From Ignavibacteriales bacterium (GTDB lineage Bacteria; Bacteroidota; Ignavibacteria; Ignavibacteriales; DAOSCP01): a DNA stretch of 64,000 nt. Every line of letters begins with the position of its first letter. Positions within the stretch are counted from its first letter, which is position 1. The DNA lies in assembly GCA_035379625.1 (NCBI GenBank), contig DAOSVM010000004.1, forward strand, positions 6,706-70,705, written 5' to 3'. This document shows, in pieces, positions 41,227 through 51,947 of this stretch. The translations under genes and the position numbers were made by a program. The notes under the pieces were generated by a model that searched no databases, was not told where the DNA came from, and worked only from the letters and a program-made list of their open reading frames with translations.

Positions 41227-41799
41227 ATGAAGGAATATTTTAAAAATATATATGAAACCATATCAACTGTTCTTGTAGGAATGGGTGTTACTTGGAAGCA
41301 TTTATTCGAAAAGAAAGTAACAATCCAATATCCTGATGAAAGGTTAACACTTCCAGAACGTGAAAGAAATAGACTTTATGTTGATATGGAAGATTGTATT
41401 GGTTGTCGACAATGTGAAAATGCTTGTCCAGTTGATTGTATTGAAATTGAGACAGTTAAGGCATTACCTGGTGAAGATGCTGGTAAAACAAAAGCGGGGC
41501 AAAAGAAGGTATTTTTTGTTACAAAATTTAATATAGATTTTTCAAAATGTTGTTTTTGTTCATTCTGTGTTTTCCCATGTCCTACTAATTGTATAAAAAT
41601 GACAGATGAATTCGAATATTCTGAATACAGTAGAAATAATTTAATATATAATTTCTCTGTTTTCACACCAGAAGAAGCTGAAGAAAAGAAGAGGAAATTT
41701 GCAGAATTTGAAAAAGAAAAAGCAGCACAAAAAGCTGCCGCCGTAGCAGCTCAAAAGCCTGCTGAGACTAATACAAATACATCTAACAATAATCAGTAA
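41227..41799 (+). CDS. nuoI: NADH-quinone oxidoreductase subunit I
   Basis: Two CxxCxxCxxxCP motifs; VTIQYP. Confidence 0.95.
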   Translation: MKEYFKNIYETISTVLVGMGVTWKHLFEKKVTIQYPDERLTLPERERNRLYVDMEDCIGCRQCENACPVDCIEIETVKALPGEDAGKTKAGQKKVFFVTKFNIDFSKCCFCSFCVFPCPTNCIKMTDEFEYSEYSRNNLIYNFSVFTPEEAEEKKRKFAEFEKEKAAQKAAAVAAQKPAETNTNTSNNNQ

Positions 41800-41807
41800 G
41801 TGATACT

Positions 41808-42332
41808 ATGAACATTTATGACTTAGCATTTTATGTATTGGCATTTATAACAATTTTATCTGCTGTAATTGTTGTTTTCAATAGAAATTTAGTTTATTCA
41901 GCATATTCTTTGTTATTTACATTATTATCAATCTCTGGATTATATGTACTTTTATTAGCTGATTTCATTGCTATTGTACAAATTGTTGTATATGTGGGGG
42001 GTATTCTAATATTATTACTTTTTGGTATAATGTTAACACAAGAACAAGTAAAGGTACCAGTTAAAGCCAATGTTGTTTATATTGCTTTATCAATGTTATC
42101 TATTGGGTTAATTGCTGCTTTCTTGTATAAATATTTGTTCACTGCTGGCAATATAAATTTGCCTAATTTAAGTGGTCAACAAGGTACATTTATTTCTGGC
42201 AAATCGACTATTAAATATATTGGTAACGAATTATTAACAAATTATGTATTGTATTTCGAATTATTAGGTATGGTTCTATTAATTGCTCTTATTGGTGCAA
42301 CAACTATTGCAAGAAAAGAAAATAATAGGTGA
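41808..42332 (+). CDS. nuoJ: NADH-quinone oxidoreductase subunit J
   Basis: QIVVYVGGILILLLFGIMLT, FELLG. Confidence 0.95.
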   Translation: MNIYDLAFYVLAFITILSAVIVVFNRNLVYSAYSLLFTLLSISGLYVLLLADFIAIVQIVVYVGGILILLLFGIMLTQEQVKVPVKANVVYIALSMLSIGLIAAFLYKYLFTAGNINLPNLSGQQGTFISGKSTIKYIGNELLTNYVLYFELLGMVLLIALIGATTIARKENNR

Positions 42333-42335
42333 AAT

Positions 42336-42647
42336 GTGGAACATATAACATTAAATCATTTCTTATTCGTTAGTATATCACTTTTTTTATTAGGTTTAAT
42401 TGCTATTATAATAAGAAAAAATGCAATTATGGTTCTAATGGGTGTGGAATTGATACTAAATTCGGCAAATATCAATTTTGTTGCATTTTCCCGGTTTTCT
42501 GGGAACTTGATTAATGGGCATGTTTATACTTTAGTTGTTATTGTATTAGCTGCTGCTGAAGCTGCTATTGGATTAGCAATTGTACTTAATCTTTATAGAT
42601 TAAATCAAAATATCAATGTTGATGAAATAGATCAATTAAAAAATTAA
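42336..42647 (+). CDS. nuoK: NADH-quinone oxidoreductase subunit K
   Basis: MGVELILNSA, AAAEAAIGLAI; GTG start. Confidence 0.95.
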   Translation: MEHITLNHFLFVSISLFLLGLIAIIIRKNAIMVLMGVELILNSANINFVAFSRFSGNLINGHVYTLVVIVLAAAEAAIGLAIVLNLYRLNQNINVDEIDQLKN

Positions 42648-42661
42648 TTTAAGATGTAATT

Positions 42662-44743
42662 ATGGATCAATTACTTATTAATTTGTCGGTAGCAACATTA
42701 TTTATCCCAATTATTGGTTTTATTATTGTTTTACTTTTTGGAAAAAGATTTAAGAAGTTGTTCCTTTTTGAAGTTGTATTACTCGGAATAAATCTTTTGT
42801 TATCAATTTATATTGCTATAGTAAAACTAGCTTACTATCCAATGCAAAAATTTGTATCTGAATTTACTTGGATACATTTTATTTCTACATCTAAATATGT
42901 ACCAAGTATTACTTTTGATTTAGGCGTTATGCTTGATAATGTTACAGTTATAATGTTATTTGTTGTAAATTTGATAAGCTTTTTAGTTCATCTTTTCTCT
43001 ATTGAATATATGCACGGTGATAAAAGATATTCAAGATATTTTGCTTATCTTGGATTATTTACATTTTCAATGTTAGGTATAGTTTTAACACATAATCTGT
43101 TAATGATATATATTTTCTGGGAACTAGTAGGGGTATCATCCTACCTTTTAATTGGTTTCTGGTTTGAAAAGTGGTCAGCTGCAAATGCTTCTAAAAAAGC
43201 AATGTTAATGAATAGAGTTGGTGACACAGGACTTTTATTAGGAATTTTAATCTTATTCACAAATTATGGAACATTTACCTTTGATAAAATTTTCCAACAA
43301 ATAGCTGCTGGTAATTTACCATTTGGAAGTTATGCTTGGTTGACAGCAGCAGGAATATTGATTTTTATGGGGGCTGTTGGAAAATCAGCTCAATTTCCTT
43401 TACATTTATGGTTACCTGACGCTATGGAAGGTCCAACTCCTGTAAGTGCTTTAATTCACGCTGCAACAATGGTTGCTGCTGGTGTTTATCTGGTCGCAAG
43501 AGTATTTGTAATGTTAACTGCTGATGCATTATTGTTTATAGCTGTTATTGGAGCAATTACCTCATTTATTGCTGCAACTATAGCATTTACACAAAACGAT
43601 ATAAAAAAAGTACTTGCTTATTCAACTGTTAGTCAGTTAGGGTATATGATAATGGCTCTTGGTGTTGGAGCCTACTCATACGCATTTTTCCATCTTGTAA
43701 CTCATGCATTCTTTAAGGCTTGTATGTTTTTAGGTTCTGGTTCGGTAATTCATGCTATGCATCACGAACAAGATATGCGTGAAATGGGTGGTTTAAAAGA
43801 TAAAATGCCGATTACATTCTGGACATTTATCATTGCAACACTTGCCATTTCTGGTGTTCCATTTACTTCTGGATTTTTAAGCAAAGATGGTATTTTACTT
43901 GCAACATTAGCTTTTGGTAAATTAACTGGTCATTGGTTAATTCCTATTATAGCTTATTCTGTTGCTGGTATGACAGCTTTCTATATGTTCAGATTAATTT
44001 ATCTTGTTTTCTTTGGAGAACCAAGAAATCATCATAAATATGAACATGCACATGAAAGCCCAATTGTAATGACTTTGCCACTTATAATTTTAAGTACTTT
44101 ATCAGTATTTTGGTGGTATAGTTTAAATCCAATAGATCCATCAAATGGTGTGTTTCTTGAAAAGGTAAAAACTCCAAATTCTATAGTACCTGACGTTCAA
44201 AGATTTCAATTTATGATTCAAGATAAAGCAAAAGAAGTTGTTAACAATATAACTCATTCAGAACTTTATATGGAGACATTACACCACTTCCACTATACTG
44301 CTTTAGCTATGTCTCTTATTTTAGCTGGTTTAGGTATTCTATTAGCAACTTACATTTACAAATGGAGAAAAATTGATGTTGATGCTTTGGCTGAAAAAAT
44401 CAAACCTTTATATCTTTTTTCTTTAAATAAATGGTATTTGGACGAATTTGTTCAAATTGTATTTGTAAATTCAGCATTGAAATTTAGCAAAGCTCTTGCG
44501 TGGTTCGATTTAAATGTTGTAGATGGTATAGTTAACGGTTCTGCTTTTGTCCTTAGACAAATATCTGCTTTGGGTGGTTTGATTGATAAATACATAGTTG
44601 ATGGCGCTGTTAATTTAACAGCCGAAATTATTGGTGTTTTTGGAAAAGGTTTCTCAAAAATTCAAACTGGAAAAGTTCAAAGTTATGTTCTTTATGCTGT
44701 TTTCAGTATAATTCTATTGTTCTTTATAGTTAAGTTTTTTTAA
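42662..44743 (+). CDS. nuoL: NADH-quinone oxidoreductase subunit L
   Basis: GKSAQFPLHLWLPDAMEGPTPVSALIHAATMV, THAFFKA. Confidence 0.97.
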   Translation: MDQLLINLSVATLFIPIIGFIIVLLFGKRFKKLFLFEVVLLGINLLLSIYIAIVKLAYYPMQKFVSEFTWIHFISTSKYVPSITFDLGVMLDNVTVIMLFVVNLISFLVHLFSIEYMHGDKRYSRYFAYLGLFTFSMLGIVLTHNLLMIYIFWELVGVSSYLLIGFWFEKWSAANASKKAMLMNRVGDTGLLLGILILFTNYGTFTFDKIFQQIAAGNLPFGSYAWLTAAGILIFMGAVGKSAQFPLHLWLPDAMEGPTPVSALIHAATMVAAGVYLVARVFVMLTADALLFIAVIGAITSFIAATIAFTQNDIKKVLAYSTVSQLGYMIMALGVGAYSYAFFHLVTHAFFKACMFLGSGSVIHAMHHEQDMREMGGLKDKMPITFWTFIIATLAISGVPFTSGFLSKDGILLATLAFGKLTGHWLIPIIAYSVAGMTAFYMFRLIYLVFFGEPRNHHKYEHAHESPIVMTLPLIILSTLSVFWWYSLNPIDPSNGVFLEKVKTPNSIVPDVQRFQFMIQDKAKEVVNNITHSELYMETLHHFHYTALAMSLILAGLGILLATYIYKWRKIDVDALAEKIKPLYLFSLNKWYLDEFVQIVFVNSALKFSKALAWFDLNVVDGIVNGSAFVLRQISALGGLIDKYIVDGAVNLTAEIIGVFGKGFSKIQTGKVQSYVLYAVFSIILLFFIVKFF

Positions 44744-44770
44744 TCATAAGAATTTACAAGGTGTTGATCT

Positions 44771-46372
44771 ATGGTAACATTTCCATATTTATCGCTTATT
44801 ACATTTTTACCAATATTAGGAATGATTATAATTTTATTTATTCCTAAATCAAAAGCACAAGTTATTAAATATTTAACGTTATTCATCACTCTTGTTCAAC
44901 TTGTACTTTCTGTTATAGTTTTACTTAAATTTAACTATAACTTAGGTGGAATTTTCGATCCAAAATCATTCCAATTTATTGAAAAATTCACCTGGATAAA
45001 AATAGATAATTTTGCATGGCTCGGTACTGTAAAAATTGATTATTTCTTGGGTATTGACGGTATCAGTGCTCCAATGGTATTGTTAACTTCTTTAATTGCT
45101 TTAATAGCAGCGATTTCGTCGTGGAATATTGAAAAAATGGTAAAAGGTTACTTTTTAATGTACCTATTGTTAGATACAGGTATGATGGGTACTTTTGTTG
45201 CATTAGATTTCTTCTTATTCTATGTATTTTGGGAGTTAATGCTTTTACCAATGTATTTCTTAATTGGTATATGGGGTGGCCCAAGAAAAGAATATGCAGC
45301 TATAAAATTCTTTATATATACAATGTTCGGTAGTATTTTTATGTTAATCGCTATGATTGCATTATTCTTCAGCACTACTGAATTATTACCAAATGGTCAA
45401 GTAATTCATACCTTCAATATGCTTGCAATGATGGATCCTGCAAATTATTTGAAAGATGGTATTTTGTCAATTACAAATCCTAATAATTTAAGATTACTAG
45501 CATATCTCGGTTTATTTATAGGTTTTGCTATTAAAATTCCTATGTTCCCATTCCATACTTGGTTGCCTGATGCTCACGTAGAAGCTCCAACTCCTATAAG
45601 TGTTATTCTTGCTGGTGTGTTATTGAAATTAGGTACATATGGAATTATCAGAATTAATTATGCTATATTCCCAGATGTAACTTTCCAATTAGCTTGGTGG
45701 ATTGGTTTATTTGGTGTAATAAATATTGTTTATGGTGCTTTGTGTGCTATGGCTCAACAAGATTTTAAGAAATTAATTGCTTATTCTTCAGTTTCACATA
45801 TGGGTTATGTTTTACTTGGTATGGCATCTTTAACAGTGACAGGTTTAAGTGGTGCGGTTTTCCAAATGTTTAACCATGGTACAATTACAGCAATGTTATT
45901 CTTACTTGTAGGTGTAATTTATGATAGAGCGCATACACGTGGAATTAACGAATTTGGTGGATTAGCAGCTCATATGCCAATTTATTCTGGTTTTGTAACA
46001 ATTGCTTTCTTTGCAGCTATTGGTATTCCAGGATTTAGTGGTTTTGTATCAGAAGCTCTTGTATTCATGGGTGGTTTCAGTTCAATTGTTACACGAATCC
46101 TTACAATCGTTGGTACTTTGGGTATTCTTCTTGGCGCAAGTTATATGTTATGGACATTACAAAGAATTTATCTTGGCAAATTCAATGAAAAATGGTCATT
46201 TATGCAAGATTTAGATGCAAGAGAATACACAATGCTCATTCCTTTATCTGTAGTTGTTATATTTTTAGGTGTTTATCCTTCTGCTATGATAAATCTTATG
46301 AATAAATCTGTTGTTACCTTAATCGATTTTATGTCTAAAAATTATATTCACTTAAATGCTTTAGTAAAATAA
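44771..46372 (+). CDS. nuoM: NADH-quinone oxidoreductase subunit M
   Basis: FWELMLLPMY, PFHTWLPDAHVEAPT, AYSSVSHMG. Confidence 0.97.
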   Translation: MVTFPYLSLITFLPILGMIIILFIPKSKAQVIKYLTLFITLVQLVLSVIVLLKFNYNLGGIFDPKSFQFIEKFTWIKIDNFAWLGTVKIDYFLGIDGISAPMVLLTSLIALIAAISSWNIEKMVKGYFLMYLLLDTGMMGTFVALDFFLFYVFWELMLLPMYFLIGIWGGPRKEYAAIKFFIYTMFGSIFMLIAMIALFFSTTELLPNGQVIHTFNMLAMMDPANYLKDGILSITNPNNLRLLAYLGLFIGFAIKIPMFPFHTWLPDAHVEAPTPISVILAGVLLKLGTYGIIRINYAIFPDVTFQLAWWIGLFGVINIVYGALCAMAQQDFKKLIAYSSVSHMGYVLLGMASLTVTGLSGAVFQMFNHGTITAMLFLLVGVIYDRAHTRGINEFGGLAAHMPIYSGFVTIAFFAAIGIPGFSGFVSEALVFMGGFSSIVTRILTIVGTLGILLGASYMLWTLQRIYLGKFNEKWSFMQDLDAREYTMLIPLSVVVIFLGVYPSAMINLMNKSVVTLIDFMSKNYIHLNALVK

Positions 46373-46385
46373 TATAAGATGCTCT

Positions 46386-47864
46386 ATGGAAAATATATCA
46401 TCAATAATACAAAATACGAAACTTATTTATCCTGAAATTGTACTTTCATTAGGTATCATAGTAGTTTTAATTTTCGATTTGATTTTCAAAAATGAAAAGA
46501 AACGATTTTTAAATTATATTACATTAGCAGTTTTAGCTGTTGTTGCTATAACATTAAGATTAACAAATTCTGCTAATAACACTCTCGCATTCAATATATT
46601 TCAGATAAATCAAATTGCTTATTACTTCAAATCAATTATTCTTTTAGCAACATTTGTTGTTCTATTGTATTTATTTACATCAAAAGAAGTGGATAATTTT
46701 GTTAATAGATTAGGTGAATTTCATCTATTGATTTTAGGAATGCTCTTAGGTATGTTTTTTATTGTTGGAGCTGCTGACTTAATTTTAATCTATATTGCAA
46801 TGGAAACAATGTCACTATCTTCATACGTTCTTTCTGGATTTGATAAAACCAAAATGAGAAACAGTGAAGCCTCTTTGAAGTACTTAGTTTATGGCTCTGC
46901 TGCTTCTGGGATTATGTTATTTGGAATATCATTGATTTATGGAAGTTTTGCAACTACAAATATATTAGTAATCAAATATCTTTTATTAAATAATTTTATT
47001 GTAAATCCAATTATTGTAAATTTTGCAATAATTCTCTTACTTGTAGGAATATCTTATAAAATATCTGCTGCACCATTTCATTATTGGGCTCCTGATGTTT
47101 ATGAAGGTGCTCCTATTTCAATTACAGCTTATTTATCTGTAGCAAGCAAAGCTGCTGGTTTTGCAATGCTTATTAATGTATTGCAAACATTTGTATTAAA
47201 GCAAAATCAAGGATGGATTGTTTATCCTGTTTTCGATTGGAAATTTATATTGATTATTCTTTCGGTTCTTTCTATGTTTTTTGGTAATTTTACTGCATTA
47301 TGGCAAAACAATATAAAAAGAATGCTTGCATATTCTTCAATTGCTCATTTAGGATATATGCTATTAGGTATTATTGCATTTTCTGAACTTGGATTAGTTG
47401 CGGTTTTATCATATTTCTTAATTTATTTATTTATGAATTTAGGTGCTTTTTATGTAGCTATGGTTATTGCTGATAATTATGGAATTGAAAATATAGACGA
47501 ATATAAAGGTTTAGGACCAAAATTACCATTTTTAGGTACAACTTTAGCAATATTTTTAGTTTCATTAGTTGGAATTCCCCCTTTAGCTGGTTTTATTCCT
47601 AAATTTTATTTGTTCACTGCTTTAATTGAAAAAGATATGATTCTCCTTTCAGTTATTGCTTTAATTAATACAGTTATTTCTCTTTATTATTACATTAGAG
47701 TATTGAAAGAAATGTACCTATCAAATTCTGAAAGGGATGATATTACAGAACAAAATATTGATCCTCTAAATAAATATATACCAATATTATTATCTATTCC
47801 CATATTGTTATTTGGTGTATATTTCTCACCAATTTATGAATTTTTAAAAAACATTGTTAAATAA
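46386..47864 (+). CDS. nuoN: NADH-quinone oxidoreductase subunit N
   Basis: EASLKY, PFHYWAPDVYEGAP, KRMLAYSSIAH. Confidence 0.97.
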   Translation: MENISSIIQNTKLIYPEIVLSLGIIVVLIFDLIFKNEKKRFLNYITLAVLAVVAITLRLTNSANNTLAFNIFQINQIAYYFKSIILLATFVVLLYLFTSKEVDNFVNRLGEFHLLILGMLLGMFFIVGAADLILIYIAMETMSLSSYVLSGFDKTKMRNSEASLKYLVYGSAASGIMLFGISLIYGSFATTNILVIKYLLLNNFIVNPIIVNFAIILLLVGISYKISAAPFHYWAPDVYEGAPISITAYLSVASKAAGFAMLINVLQTFVLKQNQGWIVYPVFDWKFILIILSVLSMFFGNFTALWQNNIKRMLAYSSIAHLGYMLLGIIAFSELGLVAVLSYFLIYLFMNLGAFYVAMVIADNYGIENIDEYKGLGPKLPFLGTTLAIFLVSLVGIPPLAGFIPKFYLFTALIEKDMILLSVIALINTVISLYYYIRVLKEMYLSNSERDDITEQNIDPLNKYIPILLSIPILLFGVYFSPIYEFLKNIVK

Positions 47865-47867
47865 AGT

Positions 47868-47897
47868 AATAAGCTATCCAATTGGATAGCTTATTTT
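47868..47897 (+). terminator. Terminator-like palindrome after nuoN
   Basis: AATAAGCTATCCAATTGGATAGCTTATT is a perfect 28-bp palindrome followed by TT. Confidence 0.75.
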
Positions 47898-47913
47898 AAT
47901 AAGGAATCACATA

Positions 47914-49815
47914 ATGGAAAAAATATTTCATAAAAGATTAAATATAATATTTTCAATCTTTATTTTATTTATCTCTTTACAGATTATTGATAGATTAACA
48001 ATATTTATCTATTCATATGCTAATTTTAATAAATCTCTAATTGATTTTTTAAAAATACTTGGTGTTTCTTTATTATACGATATAATTACATTTTCATATT
48101 TTATAATATTTCCTGTAATAGTTGTAATACTAATGCCGTATAAAATATATTCATCAAAAATATATAAAGTTTTAGCGTACTTTTATTTTATATTAAACTC
48201 AATAATTTTATTTTTTAATTCAATAGCAAATTATTATTTCTGGGACGAGTTTCAAGTAAGGTATAATTTTGTTGCGGTTGATTATTTAATATACACAAAT
48301 GAAGTTTTAAAGAATATCAAAGAATCTTATCCACTTGGAATTCTCATACCATTGATTTTAATATTTAGTATAATAATATATTTTATTTTCAAAAAGAAAA
48401 TTAATGAAGCATTACAAACTAAAACTACTTTGAAAGAAAGATCAATTTTACCAATTGGAATTATTGTTTTATTTTTTATTTCGCTTACTTTTGTTAATGG
48501 TTCAAATGAGACTTTTTCAGATAATAAATACAATATAGAATTAGCAAAAAATGATATTTATTCATTTTTTGAAGCCTATAATAAAAATGAAATTGATTAT
48601 AATTCTTTTTATCTTACCTATGATAATAACTCAGTTTTGAAAAGATTAAATGAACTTCGTTTCGTACCTGGGCAGGTTATCGACAACAATGGTTATGCTT
48701 TTTTTAATTCAAATGGTGAAGAGAAAAAGTACAACATAATAATGATCACAGTTGAAAGTCTTTCAGCTGAATATATGAAGGCTTTTGGTAGTAATTTGAA
48801 TATTACACCATTCCTGGATTCAATTGCACATCATTCTTTATTTTGTACAAACTATTTTGCAACTGGTACAAGAACAGTACGTGGAATTGAAGCTATAATG
48901 TTATCATTTCCGCCTACACCTGGTTCCAGCATTGTCAGACGTCCTAATAATGAGCATATTTTTAATTTTGCATATCCGCTTATACAAAGAGGTTACACAG
49001 CTAAATTTATTTACGGCGGTTATGGTTATTTTGATAATATGAATTACTTTTTCGAACACAATGGTTTTCAAATAGTTGATAGAAACAAATTTAATAGTGA
49101 TGAAAAAACTTTTGCAAATGCATGGGGATTATGTGATGAAGATTTAATGAATAAAACGTTAAAAGAAGCCGATAATGATTATAAAAGTGGGAAAAATTTC
49201 TTTTATTTTGTATTAACAACATCAAATCATAGACCTTATACATTTCCAACTAATCACATTAAAATGCCATTTGAAAGGGAAGGGGCTGTAAGGTATACTG
49301 ATTATGCAATAGAACAATTAATTAAAAAAGCAAGCAAAAAAGATTGGTTTAAAAATACGATTTTTGTTATTTCTGCTGATCATTGTGCTAATAGCGCTGG
49401 TAAAACTTCCTTGCCTATTCATAAATATAAAATCCCTTTAATTATATATGCACCTAATATTATAAAGCCATAAGTTTTTGATAAAATAATAAGTCAAATT
49501 GATGTTGCGCCTACTGTTCTATCGTTATTAAATCTAAAATATAAATCTGCTTTTATTGGAAAAAATATACTGAATAATTACGATGATAATAGGGCTTTTA
49601 TAAGTAGTTATCAAAAAGTTGGATATGTTAAAGATGATAAAATTGTTGTTCTCGACTTAAAAAGGAAGTATAATTTTTTCCAATATGATAGAAAAGATTT
49701 GACTATGAAAGAAGCTCCAGTAGATGAAAAATTGTTATTTGATGCTGTAGCTTATTATCAAGGGGCTTTTTATATATTCAAAAATAATAAACTTAAGGTG
49801 GATAAGATAAAATGA
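47914..49815 (+). pseudogene. LTA synthase/sulfatase family membrane protein with in-frame TAA at 49471-49473
   Basis: Five TM-like segments, ITVESLS, GTRTVRGIEA, TSNHRPY, SADH. The same frame continues past the TAA (VFDKIISQIDVAPTVLSLL...) to TGA 49813-49815, which overlaps the next ATG (ATGA). Confidence 0.85.
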
Positions 49816-50510
49816 AAAAAATATTGTTTTTTTTAATTTCGTTAAAATTATTTGCTCAATTTAGTGGTAACATTGGTGCCGAAACAGTTTTTACAAAAGG
49901 AAATGTTGAGCAAGGTATATTTTCTGGTAGAACCGAAATTAGTTATGTCGATTCAGTTATAAAACCGGTAGTAAATTTTAATTTTACTTACGGTGAAGAA
50001 AATAAACAGAAAAAGCAACACGACTATAATCTTAAATCAAGATTAATATTGTTTCCCTATAATAATATTGCATTAACAATAAACGGATTATATGAGTATA
50101 ACTTTCAGAGAAAAATTGACTATCGGTACCAATTTGGTATTGGTACTGAATTAAATTTATACAATGATAATGAAGATAATACATCATTATTGATATCTAT
50201 GTTAAGGGAAGAAACAAAATATAATCAATCAATTAATAGTATAAAAAAATCTTTCAGAAGTACATCTTCTATTCTTAGCAAAATTATTATTGTTGATAAA
50301 AAAATTGTAATGACTAATAGATTTGATTTTAATACTAATGTTGAAAAGATTAATGATTTTCGTTGGAATTATAATTTAATTTTTGATTTTCAATTAAATG
50401 GTAGTATTTCATTACGAACAAGTTACACTAGTACTTACGAAAATATTGTTCAAAAAGATAGAGTTAAATTGGATAGTAAATATTTATTTGGATTTTCTAC
50501 AAAAATATGA
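49812..50510 (+). CDS. Outer-membrane beta-barrel protein (DUF481-like)
   Basis: Signal peptide; GNVE, alternating beta-strand pattern, RYQFGIG. Confidence 0.65.
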   Translation: MKKILFFLISLKLFAQFSGNIGAETVFTKGNVEQGIFSGRTEISYVDSVIKPVVNFNFTYGEENKQKKQHDYNLKSRLILFPYNNIALTINGLYEYNFQRKIDYRYQFGIGTELNLYNDNEDNTSLLISMLREETKYNQSINSIKKSFRSTSSILSKIIIVDKKIVMTNRFDFNTNVEKINDFRWNYNLIFDFQLNGSISLRTSYTSTYENIVQKDRVKLDSKYLFGFSTKI

Positions 50511-50573
50511 ACTTTTAAAGAATAATGGTTGTTGATTTAATTAAATAAATCTAAAAGAAAGGATTAAAATTTA

Positions 50574-51200
50574 ATGGAAATATTAAAAGTTTTAAATTGG
50601 CGTTATGCAACAAAAGCTATGAATGGTAAAAAAGTAGAAAAAGATAAATTAAACGCTATTTTACAATCTATAAATCTTGCACCAACTTCATTAGGTTTGC
50701 AACCTTTTAACGTATTACTTATTGAAAAGCAAGAATTAAAAGAAAAAATATTACCTATTGCAAACGGGCAGAAACAAGTAGTTGATTGTTCATATTTACT
50801 CATTTTTGCAGCCTGGTCAGAATTTACAGATGAAAGAAAACAAGAATTTTACACAAATTTTGAGAAAGTTCGTGGTTCAGTTCCAGATGTTTTAAAAAAT
50901 TATATTGAAACAGTATATGATAATGCGCAAAAAAATCCAGAAGAATTTTTCAATTGGGCAGCAAGACAAACTTACTTAGCTTTTGGAGTTGGAATAGTGG
51001 CAGCTGCGGATATGGGCGTTGATAGCACTCCGATGGAAGGATTTAATCCGCAAGAGCTTGATAAACTCCTGAATTTAAATGAGAAAAAATTAAAAAGTGT
51101 ACTTCTACTTCCGCTTGGCCATAGAGATGTGGCAAAAGATTATCTTGTTAATTTACCAAAACTTAGAAAACCATTAGAACAATTAGTTATTCCATTATAA
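50574..51200 (+). CDS. NAD(P)H nitroreductase family protein
   Basis: LNWRYATK, LAPTSLGLQP, DSTPMEGF, LGHR. Confidence 0.93.
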   Translation: MEILKVLNWRYATKAMNGKKVEKDKLNAILQSINLAPTSLGLQPFNVLLIEKQELKEKILPIANGQKQVVDCSYLLIFAAWSEFTDERKQEFYTNFEKVRGSVPDVLKNYIETVYDNAQKNPEEFFNWAARQTYLAFGVGIVAAADMGVDSTPMEGFNPQELDKLLNLNEKKLKSVLLLPLGHRDVAKDYLVNLPKLRKPLEQLVIPL

Positions 51201-51233
51201 AATTCGACGACAATAACTTATGTAAAATTTCAT

Positions 51234-51848
51234 TAGCTCAGACAGTGTAAGCTTAATGCCCTTGCAGCTTGAGCCAAGCTGCAAGGGGCAGCGGGCCGGA
51301 ACGGCCCGCTAAAAATTCCCCTATGTCCCCCTTGGAAAGTGGGATCTAAAATTCCCATCATTCCAAAAGTTGTGACAATTTAAATGATTGCCAGTGTGTT
51401 TTATTATAACAATTCCTTTTATACCTTAGTAAAATATATTTCAACTCATCTTTTTTATGAACATAGTTTTATATTATTTTATTTACATCTTATTTATAAT
51501 GTAAAGGTGATTATATCGCTTATTCAAATCTATTTGTTCAAACTAATATTATATAGTAAATACAATAATATAGTAAAAACGAATATATATTTAAAAATTT
51601 CATTATCTCGTATTTACAATAATATCGTATATTCAATTATATAGTAATAACGATATATAGTTTACTCACTTTTTAATTAAGCTTATTTTTCATAAGAAAA
51701 TATTTAAATAACATTTAGTTATTTAGCTAAATGTAAAAATATAAAAATTATAGTTAAAATATATTGGAATGTTTTCAGGAAAATTTTGGCGTTAGCCCGC
51801 CCGTGCGCCGCACGGCGCACGGGCTTTATGCTTACACCGTCTGAGCTA
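51234..51848 (-). mobile_element. Non-autonomous MITE/REPIN-like element 2 (615 bp, inverted relative to element 1)
   Basis: TAGCTCAGACAGTGTAAGC...GCTTACACCGTCTGAGCTA ends (29/35 matches over 35 bp), same hairpins. Its reverse complement aligns with the element 1 interior (e.g. TATATTTTTACATTTAGCTAAATAA). Confidence 0.75.
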
Positions 51849-51947
51849 TATAAAAATAAACGATGATTTAATTTAATTTTTACTTTAAGTTAATATGTAT
51901 ATCTGAAATTGTCTTTTTGAAATATAAATATTGAGGAGTTGTTGTTA

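Noticed and set aside
20112..49473. Genome-wide stop codon reassignment explaining the two in-frame stops
   Set aside because: The two stops differ (TAG and TAA), and both codons end normal genes here (ftsZ and the RpiR gene use TAG; most genes use TAA).
51315..51345. CCCCTATGTCCCCCTTGGAAAGTGGGA inside element 2, resembling another REP-like motif
   Set aside because: Single imperfect occurrence in the window; cannot be supported as a separate repeat.
51384..51644. 86-aa ORF inside element 2
   Set aside because: I/Y/N/K-rich translation of AT-rich DNA, with no counterpart in element 1 and no transposase motif.
51789..51848. GTTAGCC next to a hairpin, suggesting an integron attC site
   Set aside because: The equivalent position in element 1 reads TTTAGCC. 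There is no cassette array and no integrase.
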